The notes beneath the pieces were generated by a model. It was not told where the DNA came from and made no database searches. It worked only from the letters and a program-made list of their open reading frames with translations. A stretch of DNA of 64,000 nt from Ruminococcaceae bacterium UBA3215 (GTDB lineage Bacteria > Bacillota > Clostridia > Oscillospirales > Ruminococcaceae): the NCBI GenBank assembly GCA_002363155.1, contig DEWH01000005.1, positions 44,005 to 108,004 on the forward strand, written 5' to 3'. A program made the translations under genes and the position numbers. This document shows positions 38,819 to 48,521 of this stretch, in pieces (position 1 is the stretch's first letter; every line of letters begins with the position of its first letter).

Positions 38819-40432
38819 TTACAGTGTAAACGTGCCGCCGGTCTGAGCCTTGCGCCAATCGACGTACTCCTCGTAGGTGCCGATCTTGTCCCAGCAGCCC
38901 TTGTCCTTGATCTCGATGATGCGGTTTGCGACAGTCTGAACTATCTCATGGTCGTGGGAAGCAAACAGCACAACGCCCTTGAAGTCGCGGAGTCCGTTGT
39001 TTACCGCGGTTATACTCTCAAGGTCGAGGTGGTTGGTGGGGCGGTCGAGAATAAGCGCGTTGGACTTGAACAGCATCATACGCGAGAACATACATCTTAC
39101 CTTTTCGCCTCCGGACAGTACATTTACCGGCTTGAAGATGTCGTCGCCGGAGAACAGCATTCTTCCGAGGAATCCGCGCAGATAAGTCTCTGTAACATCA
39201 TCGGAGTACTGTCTTATCCAGTCGAGTATCGACATATCGCAGCCTGCGAAGAAATGGTCGGAGTCGATAGGGAAGTAGCTTGTCGATATCGTGCTTCCCC
39301 ACTTATAGGTCCCTTCGTCCGGCTCGATCTCGCCGGTGATAATGCGGAACAGCGTAGTTATCGCGATCTCGCTTTCGCCGAGGAATGCGATCTTGTCCTC
39401 GCGTCCTACGGTGAACGAAACATCGTCCAGTACCTTCACGCCGTCAACTGTCTTGGAGATACCGCTTACCTGCAGTATGTCCTTGCCCGGCTCTCTGTCC
39501 ATATCGAAGCCGATGAAAGGGTAGCGGCGGCTCGATGCCGGCATTTCCTCAACTGTGAGCTTATCCAGCAGCTTTCTTCTCGATGTAGCCTGCTTGGACT
39601 TGGATTTATTCGCGGAGAAGCGCTGAATGAACATCTGAAGTTCCTTGATCTTCTCCTCGTTCTTCTTGTTCTGCTGCTTTATCATGCGCTGTATCAGCTG
39701 TGAGGACTCATACCAGAACTCATAGTTGCCGACATACATCTTTATCTTGCCGTAGTCTATATCTACCGTATGGGTGCAGACGTTGTTGAGAAAGTGGCGG
39801 TCGTGGGAAACAACAATGACAGTTCCGAAATATTCCGCAAGAAACTCCTCCAGCCATGCTACAGCGTCGATATCAAGGTGGTTGGTAGGCTCGTCCATAA
39901 GGATAATATCCGGGTTTCCGAAGAGAGCCTGTGCCAGCAGTACTTTTACCTTCTCGTTACCGGAAAGGCTTGACATCTGGCTGTACATTATGCTCTCGTC
40001 AAGACCGAGACCCTGCACCAGCTTGGAAGCATCGCTTTCAGCCTCCCAGCCGTTCAGCTCGGCGAACTCGGCTTCAAGCTCACTTGCGCGGTTGCCGTCC
40101 TCCTCCGAGAAGTCCTCTTTTGCGTAAAGGGCGTCCTTCTCCTTCATAACGTCATAAAGGCGCTTATTGCCCATTATAACGGTATCCTGGACGGTATATT
40201 CGTCAAAAGCGAAGTGATCCTGGCGCAGCACGGACATACGCAGGTCTTTCGGTATTGTTACGCTTCCGGTTGTCGGCTCCAGTTCACCGTTGAGTATTTT
40301 AAGGAATGTGGACTTTCCGGCACCGTTCGCGCCGATAACTCCGTAGCAGTTGCCTTCCGTGAAAAGCAGATCGACATTCTTGAACAGCGTCTGTCCGCCG
40401 AACTGCAGGCTTACATTTGAAACTGTTATCAT
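38819..40432 (-). CDS. ABC-F family ATPase (YbiT/YkpA-like)
   Basis: Two nucleotide-binding domains, no TM; GANGAGKST, DEPTNHLD and LSGGEK motifs. Confidence 0.92.
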   Translation of the reverse strand: MITVSNVSLQFGGQTLFKNVDLLFTEGNCYGVIGANGAGKSTFLKILNGELEPTTGSVTIPKDLRMSVLRQDHFAFDEYTVQDTVIMGNKRLYDVMKEKDALYAKEDFSEEDGNRASELEAEFAELNGWEAESDASKLVQGLGLDESIMYSQMSSLSGNEKVKVLLAQALFGNPDIILMDEPTNHLDIDAVAWLEEFLAEYFGTVIVVSHDRHFLNNVCTHTVDIDYGKIKMYVGNYEFWYESSQLIQRMIKQQNKKNEEKIKELQMFIQRFSANKSKSKQATSRRKLLDKLTVEEMPASSRRYPFIGFDMDREPGKDILQVSGISKTVDGVKVLDDVSFTVGREDKIAFLGESEIAITTLFRIITGEIEPDEGTYKWGSTISTSYFPIDSDHFFAGCDMSILDWIRQYSDDVTETYLRGFLGRMLFSGDDIFKPVNVLSGGEKVRCMFSRMMLFKSNALILDRPTNHLDLESITAVNNGLRDFKGVVLFASHDHEIVQTVANRIIEIKDKGCWDKIGTYEEYVDWRKAQTGGTFTL

Positions 40433-40647
40433 TATTATCCTCCATAATCGCACATTATAGATATCAGTATATCATATATAAATCAATAATGCAAACGAAT
40501 TTTTGAACAAAATCAACAGATAGAAGCGCAGATATTTGTACATTTTTCCTCAAACAAAAACCGCCGAATGCTTTTGACATTCAGCGGTTCTTTCGCAATT
40601 ATAATGTAATAATTTCAAAGGCACTATTGCCGTTGCGGGCTCTGCGC

Positions 40648-41862
40648 TTACTTTCTGTTCTGGAAGAGGCTTTCGAGCTCGGAGTAAGCATCATCATTCG
40701 GAGTTGTCGATGTTCTTGAGTTGATGAACGAAGCAAAGTCGTTCTTGGAAGAACTCGATGTTGTGCTGATGATCTCCTCAGCTACGCTCTTCTCGCTTGT
40801 AGTCTCGAATGCGTCCTTGAAGCAGGTTGCTATAACCGAGATGGTGATGGAGTCCTTCATATCGGCAGGTCCGTAGTTTGCACCTATGATGATCTCTGCG
40901 TCGGGGTCGCAAGCTCTTGTGATTGCCTGCATAGCCTCGTCAACATCGGTCATGAGCGCGTCCTGGGAAAGTGTTATGTAAACGAGCAGTCTGCCTGCGT
41001 TCTTGATAGAAGTTTCGAGCAGCGGGCTGTTTACTACCTGCGATACAGCTTCTTCAACCTTCTTGTCGCCGGTTCCGTTGCCGATAGCGATATGAGCGTC
41101 GCCGGCATTTCTGATGATCGTGCTTAAGTCGGAGAAGTCAACGTTGATAAGCGCGGTTGTGTTTATCATATCCGAAACGATCTTTACGGAGCGATGCAGA
41201 ACATCATCTACCATAAGGAACGCCTGGGGAACCGTGAGAGCCTTCTCGTTGAGCTGGAGAAGCTTCTGGTTAGGGATTATAACGAGAGCGTCAACATGCT
41301 TTCTGATCTCGTCGATACCCTTCATAGCCTGGTTCATCTTCTGGCTGCGCTCAAAGTCGAAAGGCTTTGTAACGACGCCTATTGTGAGGATACCCATTTC
41401 CTGCGCTATCTCGGCAATAACAGGAGCCGCACCTGTGCCGGTGCCGCCGCCCATACCTGCGGAGATGAATACGAGGGAAGCGCCCTTGAGGTACTTTTCG
41501 ATATCCTCTCTGTCCTCGCGAGCAGCTTCCGCGCCGACTTCGGCACGTCCGCCTGCTCCGCGGCCCTTTGCGCACTTCTTGCCTATCTGTACTCTGCGAA
41601 TGAGTGATTTGTCCTTGTTCTTGAGGGCTGCGACATCTGTGTTTACTGCTACAAACTCTATATCTACATCATCTGCTGCCATATCTTTCGAGTTCTTGTC
41701 GCGCAGACCCTTCTTAGCCATATTCTCAACGGCATTTCCGCCGCCGCCGCCTACACCGAACACCTTTATCCGGATATCATATACGGCGCTTTCGTCAAGG
41801 TGGTCGAAAGCCGGCTCTTCTGTTTCTACTTCGAAGCCTTCCTCATCGATTTCGATTGCCAC
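40648..41862 (-). CDS. ftsZ: Cell division protein FtsZ
   Basis: GVGGGGGNA, GMGGGTGTG and INVDFSD motifs. Confidence 0.96.
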   Translation of the reverse strand: MAIEIDEEGFEVETEEPAFDHLDESAVYDIRIKVFGVGGGGGNAVENMAKKGLRDKNSKDMAADDVDIEFVAVNTDVAALKNKDKSLIRRVQIGKKCAKGRGAGGRAEVGAEAAREDREDIEKYLKGASLVFISAGMGGGTGTGAAPVIAEIAQEMGILTIGVVTKPFDFERSQKMNQAMKGIDEIRKHVDALVIIPNQKLLQLNEKALTVPQAFLMVDDVLHRSVKIVSDMINTTALINVDFSDLSTIIRNAGDAHIAIGNGTGDKKVEEAVSQVVNSPLLETSIKNAGRLLVYITLSQDALMTDVDEAMQAITRACDPDAEIIIGANYGPADMKDSITISVIATCFKDAFETTSEKSVAEEIISTTSSSSKNDFASFINSRTSTTPNDDAYSELESLFQNRK

Positions 41863-42095
41863 GATAATATACCTCCTGAATTTTATACATAACGGCTCTG
41901 CCGTTCACAAATCGGAGTGCTATGAACGTCAAACGCGCACCACGACTGCATTTTCTCAACATTTATTGTAACAGATTTTAATCAAAATTTCAATAGGTTT
42001 TTCAAAAAAATCTAAATATTTAGTGTTTTTTTTTCTGAGAAGTATCTAAATGTTGTGGTATTTTAGTCTCCGGTAACTTTTATGTAACTTTTTCA

Positions 42096-43184
42096 TCATT
42101 CTGTTGTTTCGCCGGAAGCGGTTTCTGACGTTTCTGCATCTTCGTCTTCTGTTTCGCCCTCTTCCGTTTCCTCTGTTACCGGTGCCGCGGTCACGGGAGC
42201 GGTGGTTATAGGACGCTGGATAGCACGGCTCGGATCGGAAACATCGAGCGTTACATGCTCTGTTTCGGCGATGTAACCGTTTAGTACCAGCTCTCTGATA
42301 ATGCGCATCTTTTCGTCTATCTGGAGTATGGAACCGAGATGTACCACCACGCGGTCATCGTAGGTCATTACAAGCGCAAGGCTGTCGCTTATATCCACGG
42401 TGGTGATATTGTCGATCTCCGCTTTCTCGATAGCCCTGCTTATTTCGGCGACAAGCTTGTCCTGTTCGGGATCCTCTGCCGAGATGAAGCCGCCTACAAT
42501 AACGGATTCAGCGGGTTTGTAGCCGAGCACCTGCATACAGTCTGCCTTGCTGGTGTCTATCTGCATTACGCGGCCGATGTGGGAAATGACGTAGTTCTTG
42601 CCGTTGTAGTAGAACTCCGCCATAGGCACGGAGCGGGTGACGCTTATCTTGATCGTCGAAGGGAACACCTTGTCCACCTTGACGCTGTCAAGGCTCACGA
42701 GTTTGTCGAGGATACGTTCCGGAATGCCGGCGGTATTGAGACGGACGAGGTTTTCGGTGCCTTCAAGCCCGCTTGCGGTAATGATCTGCTCATCGGTATA
42801 GTCGGACTCGCCCTCTATAACGATCTTTTCGCAGTTGAACAGCACCGTTACCGACAGAACGGAGAAGATGATAACGGCGAGGACAGCTGTCATGAGATAG
42901 TAAACGACATTGCTGCCGCCTTTTTTCTTTCGCCGCTCGCGAAGCTCACGTTCTGCCGCCTTTCTTGCCTCCTCCTCGCGCTTTTTGCGCACGGGGCTCT
43001 GTGGCGGGAGCTGTTTTTTGGTCTGTTCGGTGATCTTCTGCTGTTTACGGCTCTGCGGATTGACATTTTTTCTTCTCTCGGCAGGCGACGGTGCCTTTGA
43101 AGCCTGTTCGCGGAGCTTGCGGTTAAGCTCCTCCTTGCTCATTTCGACTGTTCTGCTCTTGTTAAGTCTGTGAAAATCCGGCAT
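42096..43184 (-). CDS. ftsQ: Cell division protein FtsQ/DivIB
   Basis: Basic N-terminus, TM, POTRA-like region ending KVFPSTIKISV; dcw position. Confidence 0.85.
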   Translation of the reverse strand: MPDFHRLNKSRTVEMSKEELNRKLREQASKAPSPAERRKNVNPQSRKQQKITEQTKKQLPPQSPVRKKREEEARKAAERELRERRKKKGGSNVVYYLMTAVLAVIIFSVLSVTVLFNCEKIVIEGESDYTDEQIITASGLEGTENLVRLNTAGIPERILDKLVSLDSVKVDKVFPSTIKISVTRSVPMAEFYYNGKNYVISHIGRVMQIDTSKADCMQVLGYKPAESVIVGGFISAEDPEQDKLVAEISRAIEKAEIDNITTVDISDSLALVMTYDDRVVVHLGSILQIDEKMRIIRELVLNGYIAETEHVTLDVSDPSRAIQRPITTAPVTAAPVTEETEEGETEDEDAETSETASGETTE

Positions 43185-43297
43185 ATCGCTCGCCTCCGTT
43201 CTCCGGCAAAGGGGAAAGCAACGCTTTCCCCAGCCGTTTCTTTGCCCGCTGCGGGCATAATGTTCAATACTGTATCATATACTTTATCAGCCGGGCG

Positions 43298-44560
43298 CTA
43301 TACGCATCGGATATCCGCTCCCACGCTTCGCAGGCAGCCTTCTATATCCTCGTAACCGCGGTTGATATAGCAGATCTTGCTTATTTTAGTGGTACCCTCG
43401 GCAAACAGCGCGGCAGTCACCATTGCTGCGCCTCCGCGCAGGTCACAGGCTTCAAGCTCCGCACCCGAAAGCCGGCTCACGCCCTCGACTACGGCAACCT
43501 GCCCCTCCACATTTATCTTCGCACCCAGCCGTTTCAGCTCGCTGACATGGCGGTAGCGGTTCTCGAAGATAGTCTCGGTGAACATGGTGGTACCGGGAAG
43601 CGTCGAACACAGCGCCATGAGCGGAGGCTGTGCGTCGGTGGGAAATCCCGGGTACGGCGCTGTCTTTATCATCGCCGGTGCTTTGAGCGTTTTTCGTGCG
43701 TTGAGATAGACGCTCCCGCTGCCAAAGCTGTAAATGCTGCACCCGATCTGCTCCAGCACCGGGACCACAAGTCCGAGGGAAGCCGGATCGGTATTTGTGA
43801 GCAGTATCTCGCCCCTTGTTATCGCGCCGCAGCACAGGTAAGTCGCGGCGGCTATCCTGTCGGGCATTACGGTATAGGTGCAGCCGGACAGGCTCTTAAC
43901 GCCTTCAATATGTATGGTGCCGGTGCCGGCACCGTCTATCTTAGCACCGCATTTTGTAAGAAATCCCGCAAGATCGCATATTTCCGGCTCTCTTGCGGCG
44001 TTGTGTATCTCTGTTGATCCCTCGGCGAGGACTGCGGCGAGCATCACATTCTCTGTTGCACCCACTGACGGAACGGGGAAGGAGATCTTCGCTCCGCGCA
44101 GTTTTGCTGCCGAGCAGGTTATGTAACCGTGCTCCTCGGTTATCTTCGCGCCCATTTTACGGAAAGCGTCGAGGTGGAAGTCGATGGGTCTTGATCCTAT
44201 CTCACAGCCGCCCGGAAATGACATTCTGCACTGTCCCGTTCTTCCGAGCAGCGCACCCATGAAAATGATGGAAGAGCGCATCTCACGCATCAGCTTTTCC
44301 GAGATGTCCGATGTGCAAACCGCCGAGGAGTTCACGCAGACGACGTTTCCCTCTCTCTTGCAGCCGCAGCCGAGCGAGGATAAGATCCTGCACGCCGCGT
44401 CGCAGTCCGACAGCTTCGGGCAGTTGTATATCTCCGTTTGTCCTCTGCACAGCACCGCTGCCGCGAGTATCGGAAGCGAACTGTTCTTTGCGCCCTGTAC
44501 GGAAAGCTCTCCCTCTATGCGCCGTCCTCCCTTTATAATGAGTCTGCGCTGAACCGACAT
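43298..44560 (-). CDS. murA: UDP-N-acetylglucosamine 1-carboxyvinyltransferase
   Basis: GAKNS, PGGCEIGSRP, SVGATEN, PYPGFPTD and DLRGGA motifs. Confidence 0.95.
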   Translation of the reverse strand: MSVQRRLIIKGGRRIEGELSVQGAKNSSLPILAAAVLCRGQTEIYNCPKLSDCDAACRILSSLGCGCKREGNVVCVNSSAVCTSDISEKLMREMRSSIIFMGALLGRTGQCRMSFPGGCEIGSRPIDFHLDAFRKMGAKITEEHGYITCSAAKLRGAKISFPVPSVGATENVMLAAVLAEGSTEIHNAAREPEICDLAGFLTKCGAKIDGAGTGTIHIEGVKSLSGCTYTVMPDRIAAATYLCCGAITRGEILLTNTDPASLGLVVPVLEQIGCSIYSFGSGSVYLNARKTLKAPAMIKTAPYPGFPTDAQPPLMALCSTLPGTTMFTETIFENRYRHVSELKRLGAKINVEGQVAVVEGVSRLSGAELEACDLRGGAAMVTAALFAEGTTKISKICYINRGYEDIEGCLRSVGADIRCV

Positions 44561-44639
44561 ATATATCACCCTTTTTCTGCTTTTTCACATATTATGCAGA
44601 AAAAGGGTTTTTGGTGACGGCGAACGCGCCGCTCCGTAA

Positions 44640-44845
44640 TGCGTAGCGACATTCTTCTATGGGCGGGTGCGCCACCTCGGTTAGCTATACTCTGCTATTT
44701 TTGAACGGAGTCTTTGCCAACCCCCATTCATTTCTTGCAGAGTGACCCATTGATGCATCTCTGAAATACTGCATTAATTTAGGGGGTCAAGCCCCCTTTT
44801 TTAAAGGGGGCTTGCGGGGGGTAGGGGGGCAGAGCCCCCGTCTCA
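44640..44845 (-). repeat. Mosaic repeat (C, G and family A copy 5) inside the dcw cluster
   Basis: TTTAGGGGGTCAAGCCCCCTTTTTTAAAGGGGGCTTGCGGG at 44778-44818. Confidence 0.8.
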
Positions 44846-44860
44846 CAGCTCTCGAGTTTC

Positions 44861-45985
44861 TCACAGCGGGCGATCTTTTATCAGGTCGAGTATATTACCC
44901 ACCACGAGATCGGTCGCATTCGGTATATTGAGCGCCGCGGCAGCTTTTTCCATTCCGGCAAGCCGTTCGCGGTCCTCATACAGTCCCTTTACTTCCGTGA
45001 GCAGGCGTTCCGCTGTCAGATCCTTGTCCTCGATCAGTATCGCGGCACCGTTCTTGCTCATGGTGAGCGCGTTGTAATACTGGTGGTTTTCGGCAGCCTG
45101 CGGGAACGGTATCAGAATGCTTGCGCGCCCTGCCGCTTTGAGCTCGGTGAGCGTCATCGCCCCGGCGCGGGAAATTATAAGGTCTGCCGCGCTCAGGCAG
45201 GTGTACATATTGTCGATATATTCTTTCGCTATGAAGCGTTCGCCGGTTTCAATCCCTTTTTCCTTAAGCAGCCCGTCAAACATATCCTTTCCGTTGCCGC
45301 CGTAGGAGTGAATGTGGTTTATGCCGCCGACTTCACGCTCCCATTTGAGCAGTTCCGCCACAGCCTCGGTTATCTTGTTTGCGCCGAGACTTCCGCCGAA
45401 TGACACGATCGTCATTCCCTCCGGGAGACCGAGCTTTTTCCGCGCATCGTCCCGGTCTTCTATCGGAATGTTGCTGCGGAGCGGGTTTCCGGTAACAACG
45501 CAGTTTTCCGTATGCTTTAAGTGCGTGAGTACGTCCTCATTAGCGCAGAGGACCTTATCTACCCGGTGCGCCAGCATTGTTGTAGTCATACCGGGCAGGG
45601 AATTGCTCTCGTGGACAGCGGTTTTTACGCCCATCTGTGCTGCTGCTGCAAGCACGGGAGCGCAAACATACCCGCCGGTACCTATCGCTATATCCGGCGC
45701 GAACTCCTTTATAAGCTTATGTGCGGAGCCCTGTGCGGTGATGTAGTAATGCACCGCCTGTATGTTGCGCTTGATGTTTTCCGGGGTAAGCTTTCGTTGG
45801 AGCCCCGCCATTCTGAACGCGGTGAAGTCATATCCCGCCTTGCGGACGAGCTTTTCCTCCATGCCTCCCTGTGCGCCGACAAATTTTATCGCCGCATCGG
45901 GGAAGAGCTGCTTTATCTTATCCGCAATGGCAAGCGCGGGGTTGATGTGTCCCGCAGTACCGCCTGCGGCAAGAATAACTCTCAT
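44861..45985 (-). CDS. murG: Lipid II N-acetylglucosaminyltransferase
   Basis: GGTAGHINP, TGGYV, GNPLR, GGSLGA and SRAGA motifs. Confidence 0.95.
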   Translation of the reverse strand: MRVILAAGGTAGHINPALAIADKIKQLFPDAAIKFVGAQGGMEEKLVRKAGYDFTAFRMAGLQRKLTPENIKRNIQAVHYYITAQGSAHKLIKEFAPDIAIGTGGYVCAPVLAAAAQMGVKTAVHESNSLPGMTTTMLAHRVDKVLCANEDVLTHLKHTENCVVTGNPLRSNIPIEDRDDARKKLGLPEGMTIVSFGGSLGANKITEAVAELLKWEREVGGINHIHSYGGNGKDMFDGLLKEKGIETGERFIAKEYIDNMYTCLSAADLIISRAGAMTLTELKAAGRASILIPFPQAAENHQYYNALTMSKNGAAILIEDKDLTAERLLTEVKGLYEDRERLAGMEKAAAALNIPNATDLVVGNILDLIKDRPL

Positions 45986-47289
45986 ATAGAAGCCTTTCGT
46001 GATATATTTAGCACAATGCCCATTTCACCGAGCTGCATCAGCAGCGCCGTACCGCCGTAACTGAAGAACGGCAGCGAAACACCGGTATTGAAGAACGCAT
46101 TGGACGCAACTGCTATGTTTAAGAATGCCTGAATGCCGATCTGGATAACGATACCGGCGCACAGCAGCATTCCTTCCTTGTCGGGAGCGGAAGCGGCAAT
46201 GTAGAATCCGCGTATTATAAGAAGCAGGAAAAGCAGTATTACGACCACAGCGCCGACGAATCCCAGCTCCTCGACGATTACCGAGAAGATGAAGTCGTTC
46301 TCCGCGAAGGGGAGGTAGCTGTATTTCTGGTGGGAGTTGCCGAGACCCTGACCGAACATTCCGCCGGAACCGAGGGCTATAAGCGACTGGTAGGTCTGGT
46401 ATGTATCGCCGCGGATATCCGCCTCCGGATCCTTAAGACTCAGCATTCGTGCCGAAACGTAGTCGAATCCGAGCATCGGGAACACCGTAAATACCATTAC
46501 CGCGGCTATGCCGATAAGCACGAGAACGCCTGCAACGTGAGTTCCCTTTGCGCCGCCTATGTAGAGCATGCAGATAGAGATAACGAGAATGATGAGCGTA
46601 GCGGAGAGGTGCGGCTGGATAACGACAAGCCCGCAGGCAATGGCTATGCGTATCATTATCGGTATAAAACCTTTGGTGAGGCTTTTCATATTGTCATAGT
46701 TGCGCTGCATATAGTCGGCTATGACGAGGATAGTTACGAATTTAAGTATCTCGGAGGGCTGTATCGTGATCGGGCCTATTGCTATCCAGCGTTCCGCGCC
46801 GTTTACCGTGCTTCCCATTACACGAACGAGCAGCATAAGACCTGCCGATACTATGATCGCCGTCTTGAGTACGACTTTGGTGAACAGGATATGATAGTCG
46901 ATGAAGGAGATGACTATCATAGCCGCCAGACCGCCCAGAGCAAACAAAAGCTGGCGGTTTATGAAATAGTAGCTGTCTTGGTATGCCGATACCTTCGCGG
47001 AAGCGTAAGTCGCGGAGAACAGCATAATAAGCCCGAATGTGAGCAGGATAAGAACGATGAGGAAGAAGGAGAAGTCGAACTTCTGGGGTATTGAGAAATC
47101 GACTATCTTTTTCTTCTTTTTCTGCGCCGTCTTATCCGGGTGCATCGGGATAGCTTTCTTGTTCTGCTTTGAAGCCTGCGGACGGCGTACCGCCGCGGTT
47201 ATATCCGAAGCGCCGTAAGCGCGTATATTCTCTCGTCTGCCGCGTTCCGACACCTGCCGGAGCGCACCTGAATCCCGGGAGTTCAGCAT
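45982..47289 (-). CDS. ftsW: SEDS protein FtsW/SpoVE
   Basis: QPSE, NDFIFSVIVEELG and LPFFSYGG motifs. Confidence 0.9.
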   Translation of the reverse strand: MLNSRDSGALRQVSERGRRENIRAYGASDITAAVRRPQASKQNKKAIPMHPDKTAQKKKKKIVDFSIPQKFDFSFFLIVLILLTFGLIMLFSATYASAKVSAYQDSYYFINRQLLFALGGLAAMIVISFIDYHILFTKVVLKTAIIVSAGLMLLVRVMGSTVNGAERWIAIGPITIQPSEILKFVTILVIADYMQRNYDNMKSLTKGFIPIMIRIAIACGLVVIQPHLSATLIILVISICMLYIGGAKGTHVAGVLVLIGIAAVMVFTVFPMLGFDYVSARMLSLKDPEADIRGDTYQTYQSLIALGSGGMFGQGLGNSHQKYSYLPFAENDFIFSVIVEELGFVGAVVVILLFLLLIIRGFYIAASAPDKEGMLLCAGIVIQIGIQAFLNIAVASNAFFNTGVSLPFFSYGGTALLMQLGEMGIVLNISRKASI

Positions 47290-47306
47290 AAAACCCTCCT
47301 TTTTTT

Positions 47307-47506
47307 AATTCAAAATTCACAATGCACAATTCACAATTGTTGTGTTGCTTCGCGACGGATCTAAATCGTGACGAAATTTGGAATAATAGTTTCACATCTG
47401 CACAATTCATCAGCATGACTGCATTATTGTCCGGTTTTGTCACAATTCAGATAAGCGGCGAAGCCGCAACCAAAATTGTGCATTGTGAATTGTGAATTGT
47501 GCATTG
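47307..47506. mobile_element. Heptamer-armed MITE-like element, family B full copy (inverted relative to 30788)
   Basis: Reverse complement of 47441-47470 matches 30841-30870; heptamer arms at both ends. Confidence 0.7.
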
Positions 47507-47507
47507 T

Positions 47508-48521
47508 TTAAATTCCGTTTACGAGCAGCACTGCCGCTGTACCTGCCACAGCCCCTATCGCGGAAAATACGATAACGATCTTCTGCTCTTTCCAGCCCCT
47601 CAGCTCAAAGCTGTGGTGAATGGGAGTCATCTTGAAAAGGCGCTTGCCGTGGGTTATCTTGAAGTATGTCATCTGTATCAGCACCGTGAGCGCTTCCCAG
47701 ATATATACCGCAGCCGCGATGACCATGAGCACTTCGACATGAAGCGCTATACCGAGCATTGCCACCATTCCGCCGAGATACATCGAGCCTGTGTCGCCCA
47801 TGAATACCTTTGCCGGCTTCCAGTTCCAGATAAGGAATCCGAGACAGCCGCCTGCCGTCGCCACCGCGATTATCGTGTACCCCGCAAAGCCGAGCATTGC
47901 GGAGATTACCGCAAATGCGATCATATATACGAATGTTACAGAGGAACAGAGCCCGTCTATGCCATCGGTAAGGTTTACCGCGTTCACGATGTAGAGAATG
48001 CCCAGTCCCATTATAATGTAGTAGAAGTACCAGAGGTCAAGTTCGCCTATAAACGGGAACTTTATCACCGTTGACGTATCGCCGGAGATAACTCTTGCAG
48101 TGAAGAATGCCGCGATCACAAGCACCTGCATTATGATCTTCTGCATTGCGGTAAGACCTTCGTTCTGCTTCTTCTTGACCTTGATGAAGTCGTCGATGAA
48201 GCCGATGAAGCCGAAGAAGAACGCAGCCGCAAATACCGAGATCACGCCTGCCATATCCTTGAGCGCGAGTTCGTCTGTACCGAGCAGCCCGTTTACTGCC
48301 AGCAGTATCATTCCGATCGTTATAGCGGCAGTCGTTCCCACAACGAACATCATACCGCCCATTGTGGGTGTACCCTGCTTGCTCTTTTTGTGCCATGCGG
48401 GGCCTATATCGAGTATCGTCTGCCCGAATTTGAGCTTTCTGAGCCACGGTATCAGCGCGAATCCGAGCACCGCGGTTATTATTACCGCGGCTGCCGCGGT
48501 GGAGATTATAGTTATCAGCAT
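47508..48521 (-). CDS. mraY: Phospho-N-acetylmuramoyl-pentapeptide transferase
   Basis: GTPTMGG, GFIDD, NLTDGIDGL, FMGDTGS and PIHH motifs. Confidence 0.96.
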   Translation of the reverse strand: MLITIISTAAAAVIITAVLGFALIPWLRKLKFGQTILDIGPAWHKKSKQGTPTMGGMMFVVGTTAAITIGMILLAVNGLLGTDELALKDMAGVISVFAAAFFFGFIGFIDDFIKVKKKQNEGLTAMQKIIMQVLVIAAFFTARVISGDTSTVIKFPFIGELDLWYFYYIIMGLGILYIVNAVNLTDGIDGLCSSVTFVYMIAFAVISAMLGFAGYTIIAVATAGGCLGFLIWNWKPAKVFMGDTGSMYLGGMVAMLGIALHVEVLMVIAAAVYIWEALTVLIQMTYFKITHGKRLFKMTPIHHSFELRGWKEQKIVIVFSAIGAVAGTAAVLLVNGI

